From the NCBI GenBank assembly GCA_000002435.2, contig CM018792.1: a DNA stretch of 64,000 bases. The stretch is one strand, 5' to 3'. Both the position numbers and the translations under genes were made by a program. The stretch is from Giardia intestinalis (lineage: Eukaryota). A model generated the notes under the pieces. The model saw only the letters and a list, made by a program, of their open reading frames with translations. It ran no database searches and had not been told where the DNA came from. The first letter of the stretch is position 1. The number at the start of each line of letters is the position of its first letter. Shown piece after piece: positions 39,132 to 49,363 of the stretch.

Positions 39132-39947
39132 CTATATAAGTCGCAGAAAAATATATGTTAGTAGCAGACCATAATCGACTCCTATGATGATATAAGTTAA
39201 TTTCTTGCACCATCGCATCTTCCATTGCCGCTTTCGGGCGTGCTTAAGTATATCTCTTCCTTCCTCAGCGTATCCAACTGCGGTATACACATTTGCATCT
39301 ATTCTATCTAGCACCGTTCCTTGCTCATAGATGAGCTCAGACATCTGGGTGATAATATTTGCTATCTCTGCGATCCCTGTGGTTATGTACGTTATTTCTT
39401 GCTGACGCATTTTGATCTCCTCTGAACTCAACTCCGCCCGTTGATCTGCAAGTGCAGAAATGTTCCTGGCTTGAGATGTTAGGTGAGCACCTTCGTAGGT
39501 CTCGGGAAGAGCCAAGGCTGCCGCATACCGTTGGTGTATGTCACGAAGATTCTGGGTTTCCCTCCGTAGACTCGCAAAGAGGGACCCCACAACTCCTCGC
39601 CGGAGCTCCTCCTCCGCAGGGTTATTCAAAGACTGCGCATTCAGTCCAACAATTCCTGCTTGAAGTGTTTCAATTTGGTCTGTTGCACTCTTGCCCAGTG
39701 TCTTGATCTCGCCTGCGAGAATATCGTTAAAGATGGACCTCTGTCTCTGCCTCTCTTTGTCTTCTATCTTAGTCAGGGTCTGCTGAAGCGTTAGGATATC
39801 AGCACGCAGTTTATTGGCCATCTGCATCCAGACGGGGTCCGCAGGTTCTACAAAAACGTTGTCGTCCTCTAGAGACCCCAAGCGCTCTTTGTGTACCTGC
39901 GACCGTGCGGTCTGAAACTCCGCAGTTAGATCTATGGTCACTGTCAT
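39132..39947 (-). CDS. Syntaxin-like Qa-SNARE
   Basis: 271 aa. SNARE motif with a zero-layer Gln, IYEQGTVLDRIDANVYTAVGYAEEG (cf. syntaxin [20 protein letters not shown]). C-terminal TM LTYIIIGVDYGLLLTYIFL. Helical N-terminal region. Confidence 0.7.
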   Translation of the reverse strand: MTVTIDLTAEFQTARSQVHKERLGSLEDDNVFVEPADPVWMQMANKLRADILTLQQTLTKIEDKERQRQRSIFNDILAGEIKTLGKSATDQIETLQAGIVGLNAQSLNNPAEEELRRGVVGSLFASLRRETQNLRDIHQRYAAALALPETYEGAHLTSQARNISALADQRAELSSEEIKMRQQEITYITTGIAEIANIITQMSELIYEQGTVLDRIDANVYTAVGYAEEGRDILKHARKRQWKMRWCKKLTYIIIGVDYGLLLTYIFLRLI

Positions 39948-39979
39948 CTAATTTTTAATAATTCTCAGAGGACTACGTG

Positions 39980-42610
39980 ATGTTTCCGACGCTTACTGCA
40001 GCAGAACTGCGGGTGAACCATGCCTTCGACAAGTTTGAGCGGACAAGGAGCCCAGCAAATGAGCATTACATAAAATCAACAGCGCCGGCTTCGGTACGGC
40101 GGCCCAATAACCCTCATTGGGACATGATTCAAGTGTTTATCCTCGACATGGATCTACTGGACAAGCTTGGGGACGCGCTCTCCATATTTGGAAGGAAAGA
40201 AATACTTCATATTAACATCATGGAGATAAATCTTCAAGAGCCAGGAGTCGTCTATAACCGGGCGCGACGAGTACTTGATCATTTTTACACCCTCTCGACA
40301 GCGGAGTACTCCGCTGCTCTTGAAGTTATGCTAAGCAAGATAGACGATCACTTCAATCAGAGACAAAGTATCCTTCAGAAATTCTGTAAGTGGCTTAATT
40401 CACACACAGAGGGGGCTGGAAAGCTCACATCAATTAATATTAGCAAGCTCTTGCTGGTGTACTCTGTTGACTTGACGCAGCTGAACAGTTACATGCGATC
40501 CAAGGGCCTTCCACCAATAAGCTTCCAGCGGATGTTTGTTGGGTCTAACGTTTTGGCACCATATATTATTTCTAGCGCCATTGTTACATCCTTTGAGCTA
40601 CTCAATGAGCGCTATAGACGACATATGGCAAGCTCCAGTGGAGACTTTCTACTCTCTCCTGAAGACTTTTTGTACGCTTCAAAGGTTGTGGGCAAGGCTA
40701 ACGCAGCCACTTCTGGCTCATCCAGTTCTCCTGGCCATGATTCTGAAAGTGGCTACGTGAATTCTGTCTTGCTTAGTCGCATTTCCGAGCATATAAAGGC
40801 ACGCGAAGGCAGTCTTCTGAATGCTGGCGAAGAGGTGGTTAATTCTATATCTCTCCCGTTGACACTGGCAGACGCTGACACTCAAACAGACGATATTCTT
40901 GGCAGGCTACAAGAGGAGTTGAATACACTTTCGGCCCAGAACGCCACACTATCCCATACGATCGATGAACTAATGAAAAAAGGCGCTAAGGAACAAGCAG
41001 ATGAAACCCTCCATCTTAATAATGCACTTCTAGCAGCAAACGTGGAAATTACAGCATTGAAAAAGCAGCTAATGGATGTGTACACTGAGAAGGGGGAGCA
41101 GACAGCAGAGCTAGAGACATTGCAGATGAATGAGCAACTCTATCGCTCTGATGCGCAGCGTCTGCGAGAGAACTTGACGTCTATGACTAAGCGACTTGAA
41201 GAGGTATCGTATGAAATGAGCTCATTAAAGGAAGATAGCATCTCCACCAATGCTCGCTTAGCGAAAGAGCAACACAACTCTCGCTCACAACAAGATCTTA
41301 TTGAACGGTTGCGGACCGAAATTTTATCTCTAGCGAAAGCAGTTCTTCCTTCTAAAGAATCTCTACCCAATGAGGAGCAAAGTGCGTTTGGAGAAACACT
41401 GGTTACCGTTCTGAAGAACATTACTAAGGAGCACCAGTTACTCAAACAGCATAGTACAGCAATTGAAATGGTCTGTGAAGAGCAGAGAAAGAAGCTGCAA
41501 TATGAAGCTGACCGGAAGAGTGCGCTGATAGACAAGCACGTGGGAGACGACCACGAAGTTTTGCTAGAAATGCAGACAGAATCAAAGCAGCAGTTGGAGA
41601 TAGACAGGCTAAATAAGCTCCTTGTGGATAAAAGCGAAGAGGTGAGTTACTTCAAGCAGATCGTTGAAAACTACAACAGCCAGATCCAGATGGCTGATGC
41701 AGCTAGTAATGCAGAAAACTATCTCCAAGAAATGAAGCTACTCCGGAGCAAGCTCGAAAACGAATACGAAGACGTGCTCAATAGCACTAAAGCTAGCATG
41801 TTGAGCTCAGTCACTGAGTTCACATCACACAAATCTGAGGAAATCTCCAAGCTGAACGAGACTCTGGCTGCAAAGTCCCAAATGCTAGAAGCAACAAAGG
41901 CAAAGCTGAAAGAGGACGAGGAAGAGTTAACGGCACTTCGAGAGGCCCTTGCGGCGGCCCAAGGAGAGGTTTCGCAGCGAGATGAGCTGATAAAGGATCT
42001 TCTAATAAAAACAAGCGAGATAGAGACAGAACAAAGAGATGATGCTCTTAACCAATCGTTTTCCCAACAACGTGCTATATTTGACAGCGAAATAGCCAAC
42101 AGAGATGCCATAATTGCAGAACTGTCTAAGATGCAGAGCATTCCCCCGGCATGGCTGCAAGTGGAAGTTGACATCATCAAGAAGGACACTGCGTCTCTTC
42201 TAACCTATATAGATACGTGTGATTTTAGCAAAGTAACAGAAGATAAAAGCAACATCTCCAGACATTTGTCAAGCGTTATATCAAGCATTGCAATCCTTCA
42301 ACAAAGACTCGAAGCGTCCAGCCGCACGGCAACTGCAATCAGCGACACTGGTCTTCAAATGGCGGACAACCCAGAAAGCTTTGAGGCTTCCGAGCAAGAT
42401 AACCAGGAGTCGTTTGGAGTGGTGAGGTTCCAGTTAGCCACCAATACACAGCTGGCCAAAACTGCGGTCCATATTAACGACGACAATGTAAGAGCTCCCA
42501 GCAGCTTGGCCAGCACTGCAAAGAGCTTTGACGATTACGTTGAGATCTCTGAGGAAGACGAAGCAGCTAGAGGCCTCTCTGGGTCCTCAGCAGCAGCTAG
42601 TGCAGAATAG
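39980..42610 (+). CDS. Large coiled-coil protein (about 876 aa)
   Basis: Track start 39977 is a GTG. The ATG at 39980 is only 32 bp from the divergent syntaxin ATG. Coiled coil from about aa 300. Confidence 0.6.
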   Translation: MFPTLTAAELRVNHAFDKFERTRSPANEHYIKSTAPASVRRPNNPHWDMIQVFILDMDLLDKLGDALSIFGRKEILHINIMEINLQEPGVVYNRARRVLDHFYTLSTAEYSAALEVMLSKIDDHFNQRQSILQKFCKWLNSHTEGAGKLTSINISKLLLVYSVDLTQLNSYMRSKGLPPISFQRMFVGSNVLAPYIISSAIVTSFELLNERYRRHMASSSGDFLLSPEDFLYASKVVGKANAATSGSSSSPGHDSESGYVNSVLLSRISEHIKAREGSLLNAGEEVVNSISLPLTLADADTQTDDILGRLQEELNTLSAQNATLSHTIDELMKKGAKEQADETLHLNNALLAANVEITALKKQLMDVYTEKGEQTAELETLQMNEQLYRSDAQRLRENLTSMTKRLEEVSYEMSSLKEDSISTNARLAKEQHNSRSQQDLIERLRTEILSLAKAVLPSKESLPNEEQSAFGETLVTVLKNITKEHQLLKQHSTAIEMVCEEQRKKLQYEADRKSALIDKHVGDDHEVLLEMQTESKQQLEIDRLNKLLVDKSEEVSYFKQIVENYNSQIQMADAASNAENYLQEMKLLRSKLENEYEDVLNSTKASMLSSVTEFTSHKSEEISKLNETLAAKSQMLEATKAKLKEDEEELTALREALAAAQGEVSQRDELIKDLLIKTSEIETEQRDDALNQSFSQQRAIFDSEIANRDAIIAELSKMQSIPPAWLQVEVDIIKKDTASLLTYIDTCDFSKVTEDKSNISRHLSSVISSIAILQQRLEASSRTATAISDTGLQMADNPESFEASEQDNQESFGVVRFQLATNTQLAKTAVHINDDNVRAPSSLASTAKSFDDYVEISEEDEAARGLSGSSAAASAE

Positions 42611-42628
42611 AGGAAAATTAGAAATGCA

Positions 42629-44893
42629 TCACTCATAGAAATCCTTACCAAAATCAATGTTATTTTTATTGCTTGCGATAAGTTGTAATTGACCTCTATC
42701 CTCGTCCTGTTCTCTGGTGCTTTTATCAATAGTTTTCTTTGCAGCCCCGTAGCTGCGAGCCATAACCTTTCGTATTGTGGCCTTCTTGATTGGCTCCAGA
42801 GCTCTTTCCCGAGCGCGGGCTATCTTATCTGCATGAATCACTGCCAATTCCTCTTGACGCTTGCGGTGTCTCTCCTTGCGCCTTTCTTTCTCACGTGCTT
42901 TTTCAAATAAAATGTGGTACTTCTCTGGCAGCTTTCTAACGAGTGCGGAGGAATGCTGCAAAAGCCTTTCTATCTTACTCAGCATGTTCAGTGGTGTGAC
43001 AGAGAGCGCGTCGCTGTCTGACGTCTTTGTACAGTGGATGTATGCCTGTCTGATGGCGTCCTCAAGAAGGGACACCAGATGTGTATTGTGGTCAAGGGTC
43101 GCTTCTACATACGAAGCTTCACCCTCCACCTCCTCTGCATCTGTCCGCTGGGCCAGCGTTTGAAGGTTTCCAGTTTGCATTAATAATTGGCGCATCTCTT
43201 CCTCCCTTTCTCTATATTCATTAATACACCTATCTATGAAAGCCTCCTGGCTCGTCTCTACTGTCTGCAAATGCTCCAGCAAGAAGAAGTTGGTATTCTC
43301 AATCGATCTGAGCGACTCGACAAACTCGTTGGTGTCCAGAAAAGGTATCTTATTCTCCTCATTCACGAAAAGACCTACGTTTGTACTGTAGTAATCACTG
43401 AGGCCTGGCTCTGACACCGGGATGTGGGAGTACTCCTCTATGCTGATCTGCGTGGCGCGAACAAGATGACGCATCGTGAGACCAAGCTGCTTGAGGTTAT
43501 TTTTCATAAGCACTGATCCGTCTGTGGACACAGCACCAGCGCCTATCTGCGACTCTTGAATAACTGGCCCTGACTCCGCAAACACATTGGGTGCCATACG
43601 CATGATGTACTGCTTGTCCTCCTGTGAAGATATGGTCATGTAGTTGCAGTAGTTTGTGCAGGGCTCTGGGCACCGGCCACTGGGTATTGTATAAAATTCC
43701 AGAATTTCGCTCAGCTTCTTCAGTACAATGGTTCCAGGCATCTCCTCTAGGTTCTTACTCGGATCTATTCTGTCGTTTGTATTAATTGTACTGGCGAGCA
43801 CCTCCGTACTCTCTGTAAGGATCTTGTCATAGTAGGTCCTGCCACTCTGAGCTCCAGCATCATTCATAGTAATTAGATTGTACGGTGTTATGGCGCCAGT
43901 CTGCACAATTGTTGAGTTCAGCGGAAAGCAGAAGCACGTGAGGCAGAGTCCGTGACAGTGTCCATACTTCTCCAAACAGAAGGCTATGGCCATACGTTGA
44001 ACAGTATGTCGCTCTCGTCGCCCTACGAGTAGCTCTCTATCTTTAATGGAAATGAGTTGGTCCAAGAAAAGCCTATACCTATGTAGCTGACGAATGGACA
44101 GCTCGTGCTTGGTTATCTCTGACTTCAAAGCGAGTATTTGGCTACTGGTGTTACGAATCATTTCTTGTCTCTGTGTTCGGGCCTTAACAGCCTTCTCAGA
44201 CTCCGATATTGTCTTCACAGTCCCCAGATCGCTGTGGCGAATGAACTTATCGAACTTCGAGACCTCCACATCGAGCTTTTTCACTTCTGCCTTGAGATTG
44301 TCTTCCTTTGCACGAATTTGGTTATTGATGTTATCTATTTCGCTCTTTTTGGTTTGCAAAGACAGCTCCGCAAGGAAGATGTCTCTTTGCTTGCTCATGT
44401 ACTCGTCCAGCTTTGGCCGAGGGCCCGGGTCCCGGACCAAGTTCTCAAGAAATTCACGGTCCTTTTTCGTCAGATGTGCGTATTTCTCTGAATAGAGAGG
44501 GGAGTAAGCGTCCAAACGATTGAGGACTTCCTTCGGAATCTGGAGCTCTTCCTCTCGTGCCACACGCTGGTTACGGGTCTTTGCAATGGGTGGAAGAGAC
44601 GTTGTGCCCTTGCCTGTCTGTGCTTTTGATCCTCTACCGCTGATGTTGCTGGTTGCTGTGGATGAATGTCCTGAAGAGGAGGCTGATCCCTTGCTTCTAG
44701 ACTCTGTCAGGCCAAGATTCCTGTTCCTGGAGGCGTATTCGCTAGTTCGCATATGGATGGGAATTTTCTTCAGTAACGCGGCCTGCTCGGCTTTCTCACG
44801 TTGATCGTCCGCTCTTACTTTATAGATGTCAAAGTCGCTATTCAGTCGAAACGGATTGGTCTCCATTTTATCGTAGTACTCATCTTCGAGCAT
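42629..44893 (-). CDS. Hypothetical coiled-coil protein (754 aa), possibly flagellum-associated
   Basis: ATG at 44893. Mixed globular and coiled-coil segments. No confident family assignment. Confidence 0.5.
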   Translation of the reverse strand: MLEDEYYDKMETNPFRLNSDFDIYKVRADDQREKAEQAALLKKIPIHMRTSEYASRNRNLGLTESRSKGSASSSGHSSTATSNISGRGSKAQTGKGTTSLPPIAKTRNQRVAREEELQIPKEVLNRLDAYSPLYSEKYAHLTKKDREFLENLVRDPGPRPKLDEYMSKQRDIFLAELSLQTKKSEIDNINNQIRAKEDNLKAEVKKLDVEVSKFDKFIRHSDLGTVKTISESEKAVKARTQRQEMIRNTSSQILALKSEITKHELSIRQLHRYRLFLDQLISIKDRELLVGRRERHTVQRMAIAFCLEKYGHCHGLCLTCFCFPLNSTIVQTGAITPYNLITMNDAGAQSGRTYYDKILTESTEVLASTINTNDRIDPSKNLEEMPGTIVLKKLSEILEFYTIPSGRCPEPCTNYCNYMTISSQEDKQYIMRMAPNVFAESGPVIQESQIGAGAVSTDGSVLMKNNLKQLGLTMRHLVRATQISIEEYSHIPVSEPGLSDYYSTNVGLFVNEENKIPFLDTNEFVESLRSIENTNFFLLEHLQTVETSQEAFIDRCINEYREREEEMRQLLMQTGNLQTLAQRTDAEEVEGEASYVEATLDHNTHLVSLLEDAIRQAYIHCTKTSDSDALSVTPLNMLSKIERLLQHSSALVRKLPEKYHILFEKAREKERRKERHRKRQEELAVIHADKIARARERALEPIKKATIRKVMARSYGAAKKTIDKSTREQDEDRGQLQLIASNKNNIDFGKDFYE

Positions 44894-45069
44894 GAGTCCA
44901 AATCTGATTTTTTGTCAACTAACTTGTTGTCATGAAAAGGTGAGTAGTTTATCTTTCTAGCGAGATAAATGCATCATTACGTCATCAACGGCTACAGAAC
45001 GCTGTTGCCCTGATTGACAAGGAAAATTTCTGGTAAATTCACTTTCTGCCGGGAAAAAATCGGCTGAAT

Positions 45070-47415
45070 TTGATGCTAGCGCGCACAAAACCGCGCCCGG
45101 GGACCAAAGCACGCTCTGCAAGTTGCACTGGACGGGATGAAAATCACCACAGTGGCCATAGGCGTCCAGCAAAGCAGCATCTAAGTCGATCAGCATCGAG
45201 TGATCGCGAGCCACGAAGAGTTAGAAAATCCGGAACGCCCCGGTCTCTCCATCCGTCTCCAGAACTTCTCACATCGGATAGTGCTAGCTACCAGGAGGTC
45301 AATTTGACTAAACGCTCTAGGCCGGCTAGATACAGCACCCCTCAGACGCTTAAATTTACCACCGATGCTACCTGGTCAACGCCAGTTGCTAGGCCTCAGC
45401 GACCAGTTCATATGTCAAAGAATAGCACCATGAGTTCCCTGATTTCTAATGCGATCACCGTCGTCTCTTCTCGTCGCCAACCAAAAGAAGCAAGAGACAA
45501 AAACCTAGATGATCCTCCTCTTGTGCTTTCAGAGTTAAACAACACAGCGTCCAGCACCCTCTCAGCTGAGGCAACGCAGTTTATCGTCGATCAATTAGTG
45601 AAGACAGATGCGAGTATCGCAGACCTCACCAGAAAGATAGATGGTTTGGCCCAGGCACAAGCTTACAATGGCCCAGATGTTTCGTCTTCCGATCTACGAA
45701 GAGCTCTGTCGGACAATGATGCTCTACGTGCCCAGATGAGCTCCATGACACAAGCATTTGTCCGCGATACAGCAGAAACTAGAAGAAAGATTGCCGCAAC
45801 GTGCAGTCTTAGCTCCACACTGCGATCAGCTCTAGAAAAAAGTGCCATCCATAGCATGGAACTAGAGACCAAACTAGCTGCCAAAGAAACACAACTACAG
45901 AGGCTCCAATGGATCAACAAGAACCTGGCAGCTAAGCTTGCTGCTGCTAATCCTCGTATTGGCACCACAAGACCAAGTAGTGCATATTCCTCAAAGAAGT
46001 TGAAAAGCACGCCCACTTATGAGACCCCCGAGAAGCGTAGACGTTGCTCGAGTGCACGACAAGAGTCGGGACGTGTGTATCAAGCTGCAGCACCAGCCAT
46101 CGTAATATCACAGAGCCTACTGGAGTCACTGGATGATGCGCCAGAGCAGAAAAGTCACTTGTTGGAGCATAGCGCGCATATGGATAGAAGATCTTCTGCG
46201 CACAATTATAATAGACCTTTAACCATCTCCTATGGTCTTCCAGAAGTACTTAGTGTAGAGTCTGTCAGACATTTCTCCCCACCCAGTACTCCTCAATTAC
46301 ATGCCAAGTCTCGGCCCATGCCAGAACTCGATGCCGTAGTATCTCATAATAAGACAGCATACACAGCAAGCTCTTTCCGGAAGTCCACGGCAGCATCTTC
46401 TTCGTCTAAGAGGACCTCAGCCCACAAGCCAAGGTCTCCTCAAAGTGCAAGGCAGAGCGCCCTAGAAACATATGCTCAGACAGCATTAGTTAACGAAGTA
46501 TCTCTATGGAAGGAGCGATGCACAGAAAAGGACTTGCTGGTCGAGTCCTTAGAACGCCAGACAAATGAATTAAAGGAGCGCTTGAAGGAGAAGGAGACTC
46601 AGTTGGTATCAGTGCAGCAGCAAACCATGAATGTCTTGGCAGAAAAGAAGCTTTTAGTTGACGAGCTAAGCCGAGCAAAGACAGAAGCGGGCACCCGTGA
46701 GGCTGTAGCAGTCTCAGTCGAAGGATTGCCCTCACGGCCACAGTACAGTGAGGAACGGCTAGAAGACAAAGTAGCATCTCTTGAAGCAGATCTCTCTTCA
46801 AAGGATATACTAATTGCAGACCTAATGGCTCAACTACAGAGCCTCAAGTCTAATAATGAGCAAGCGTCCTCCAGCGAGGCCATTGTGAGTCCTAGCCACG
46901 TGAGCATTCCCACTTCTAATGCTGAGATTCGGACTGGCAAATCCTCTCCTTCTCCACTAACCTCAACCAGCGTGATGCAATCTATCGATAACCATTCTCC
47001 TGCAGACAGTGCTGCTGAGCTAGAGACGCAGCTGTATAAGGTTTGCGCAAATTCACCTGTGATCACCCCCTCCCAGCCATCGAAGGCTCCCCAAACAAAG
47101 GCAGACAAAAAGGAGATCAAGCGCCTCTTGAAGCAGGAAAAGAAGCAGGAGAAGCTTATGAGGCGCGCTGCAAGTAACTCTAGCACCAGTGCTGGGTCTA
47201 AGAAAGGATCCCGCGCCAGCTCGCGCAGTAGAAGTGCATTTTCGCACTGTGGAGGCGGGAGTACCCTAAAGACCGAAATTCAAGAAGAGGTAGATTACAT
47301 TACTGATTCCTCTAGGAACGCAGGCATCATCGCAACTGCAGTGAGCTCGACGTCTGCTCCCATCAACGAGATTACAGAAGGAACATATACGAAGGTATCA
47401 CTTTTTGATGAATAA
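45070..47415 (+). CDS. Hypothetical Ser/Arg-rich protein with central coiled coil (781 aa)
   Basis: ATGATG at 45070 after an AT-rich stretch. Low-complexity Ser-rich termini. Confidence 0.5.
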   Translation: MMLARTKPRPGTKARSASCTGRDENHHSGHRRPAKQHLSRSASSDREPRRVRKSGTPRSLHPSPELLTSDSASYQEVNLTKRSRPARYSTPQTLKFTTDATWSTPVARPQRPVHMSKNSTMSSLISNAITVVSSRRQPKEARDKNLDDPPLVLSELNNTASSTLSAEATQFIVDQLVKTDASIADLTRKIDGLAQAQAYNGPDVSSSDLRRALSDNDALRAQMSSMTQAFVRDTAETRRKIAATCSLSSTLRSALEKSAIHSMELETKLAAKETQLQRLQWINKNLAAKLAAANPRIGTTRPSSAYSSKKLKSTPTYETPEKRRRCSSARQESGRVYQAAAPAIVISQSLLESLDDAPEQKSHLLEHSAHMDRRSSAHNYNRPLTISYGLPEVLSVESVRHFSPPSTPQLHAKSRPMPELDAVVSHNKTAYTASSFRKSTAASSSSKRTSAHKPRSPQSARQSALETYAQTALVNEVSLWKERCTEKDLLVESLERQTNELKERLKEKETQLVSVQQQTMNVLAEKKLLVDELSRAKTEAGTREAVAVSVEGLPSRPQYSEERLEDKVASLEADLSSKDILIADLMAQLQSLKSNNEQASSSEAIVSPSHVSIPTSNAEIRTGKSSPSPLTSTSVMQSIDNHSPADSAAELETQLYKVCANSPVITPSQPSKAPQTKADKKEIKRLLKQEKKQEKLMRRAASNSSTSAGSKKGSRASSRSRSAFSHCGGGSTLKTEIQEEVDYITDSSRNAGIIATAVSSTSAPINEITEGTYTKVSLFDE

Positions 47416-47527
47416 GGCACGACCATTGGTATTTTCCTAGACAAAAGCCTTTTCAATGTGCCCCAGGGCTACAGTGCAGACAATTACACATTCATTTGTT
47501 TCAAATTTCAAAAAAGCGTGTTAACCA

Positions 47528-49345
47528 ATGAATTCAGACAACTTTGTATACGGGCTTTTATCCCCAAATACGTCTCAGAAGTATGCAAATATCGAAAATT
47601 ACGAAGGATTTAATCAGAACAGACAGACAGCTGCGCAGCGTGGAGCTGGAGGATTGGCAAACTATCCCTCTGGAAGCATTGGGGGGCAGAGGCCTGGTGT
47701 GCGGCAACACACACCCCGGAACACTGATGGCACGCCACGGGAGAAACCAACACGCATAAGCAAGCTCATAGACCTATTTTTTGCAGACTACTTCGTCGAC
47801 AGTTACGAGGACTCTGACATTGACGAGACACCTAAGTTGAAGAAGCAAGTAGAGGAGTATAAAGCCCGCGAAGCCAAATACATTCAAGAAATAGACACAC
47901 TAACGATTCACAATAATGATCTAGCAACACAGTTAGAGGAGTTTAACGATAACAACCATAGCACAGTTGTAACACTAGAGCAACGAATAGACAGTCTCAC
48001 TAGTGAAAACGTCAAGATACGGGAGGAGATGGACCTGTTGAAGGAGGAGTTGGTGGTACTCAAGAAGTCCTCTAAGTCCACCCGTTATGCCATAGAAGAC
48101 TATGAGCAGCAGCTAAAGCAGCAGCGGACGAAGAACAACTCTCTCATAGAGGACTTGGCGTCCGCGCAGGCAGAGGCGTCGATGCTGAATGGAAAAATAG
48201 CTGACCTGTCCGCTTCTCTCGCATATTCAGAGCAGCAGTGCGCTAATATGGCAAAAAAGTTGGCTCAGGAACGAGAAAATGCAGCGTCAGAACTGTGCGC
48301 AGCAAGAACAGACAACGCCAAGCTCCGCATAGAGTATGAGCGGGTCCTTACAGAATTGCAAGAGACGCATGCTGCACATCGAGAGCGCATCAGGCTTTTG
48401 GAGGACGACCGAGGGAGATTGCAAAATGAGCTGCGAGAATCTAAAATTGATCTCCAGTCATCCATCAAGGAAGCAAATGACTTCAAACGGAAGAGCATTG
48501 CGCTCTCTATGCCCATTCCGACTAGAGAGATGACGATGGCTCTCACAAACAAGGACGAGGAGATACACAGGCTTAACCTGACGATCAGCTCCTTGGAAGA
48601 ACGCCATCGCACTACGATAAAGGAAGTTGAAGCTGCGCATGAGCTCCTGTCGGCTGATATGGTGGCAAAGGATAAGGCCTTGTTGAAAAGCAAGGCAGAG
48701 ATTGCAGGTCTATCGGAGCAGCTGGATGCCATGATAAAGCACAAGTTGGAATTGCAATCTAGAATCGGTTTTCTGGAGCGTGTTGTAAAGGACAAGGATG
48801 AAGCCATTGAATCTATCCAGGATAGAGCCGGTGCGGCACAGACCGCCGTGGCCCTCTCCAACGGCCAGCACAGCATAGATGTATCCGCGCTTCGTGCACA
48901 GATAAAGGAAAAGAATTGTGAGATTACTCGTCTTCAGGACGAAATGCGGAACGTGCTTCAGTCAAAGAATGCTGAGATCAATGCCCTCAAGCTAAATGTA
49001 ACCACGCTTACGGAGAGGGTGCGGGAGTACAGAGACCGATTGATGGAGTCTGGCAGCCCCAGTAGCTCAAAGGTTAACGACCTCAAGCTCCTTCAGGTAC
49101 TCGGAAAGGAGTCCTCCTCCACACACGATAGTACGGAGTCGGAGATTGGCGCGCTGGAGAAGGAGCTCTCCATCAAGAACATATTAATAAAGAAGAAGGA
49201 CGAGGACATAGATTTCTTCCGTTCACAGCTCGTGCTGAGAGAAGCAGAAATAGAGCGGCTACTCTCGTCGCAGACGAGCACTTGTAGCAAACAGCCTAGG
49301 ACCCCCTTGAAGGCCGTGCTGAAGAAAAGCAAGAGCAAGAGCTAA
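47528..49345 (+). CDS. Coiled-coil protein (605 aa)
   Basis: ATG at 47528 after the AT-rich sequence caaatttcaaaaaagcgtgttaacca. Heptad-rich. Confidence 0.6.
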   Translation: MNSDNFVYGLLSPNTSQKYANIENYEGFNQNRQTAAQRGAGGLANYPSGSIGGQRPGVRQHTPRNTDGTPREKPTRISKLIDLFFADYFVDSYEDSDIDETPKLKKQVEEYKAREAKYIQEIDTLTIHNNDLATQLEEFNDNNHSTVVTLEQRIDSLTSENVKIREEMDLLKEELVVLKKSSKSTRYAIEDYEQQLKQQRTKNNSLIEDLASAQAEASMLNGKIADLSASLAYSEQQCANMAKKLAQERENAASELCAARTDNAKLRIEYERVLTELQETHAAHRERIRLLEDDRGRLQNELRESKIDLQSSIKEANDFKRKSIALSMPIPTREMTMALTNKDEEIHRLNLTISSLEERHRTTIKEVEAAHELLSADMVAKDKALLKSKAEIAGLSEQLDAMIKHKLELQSRIGFLERVVKDKDEAIESIQDRAGAAQTAVALSNGQHSIDVSALRAQIKEKNCEITRLQDEMRNVLQSKNAEINALKLNVTTLTERVREYRDRLMESGSPSSSKVNDLKLLQVLGKESSSTHDSTESEIGALEKELSIKNILIKKKDEDIDFFRSQLVLREAEIERLLSSQTSTCSKQPRTPLKAVLKKSKSKS

Positions 49346-49363
49346 GTCATGCCGGCTCTGCGT

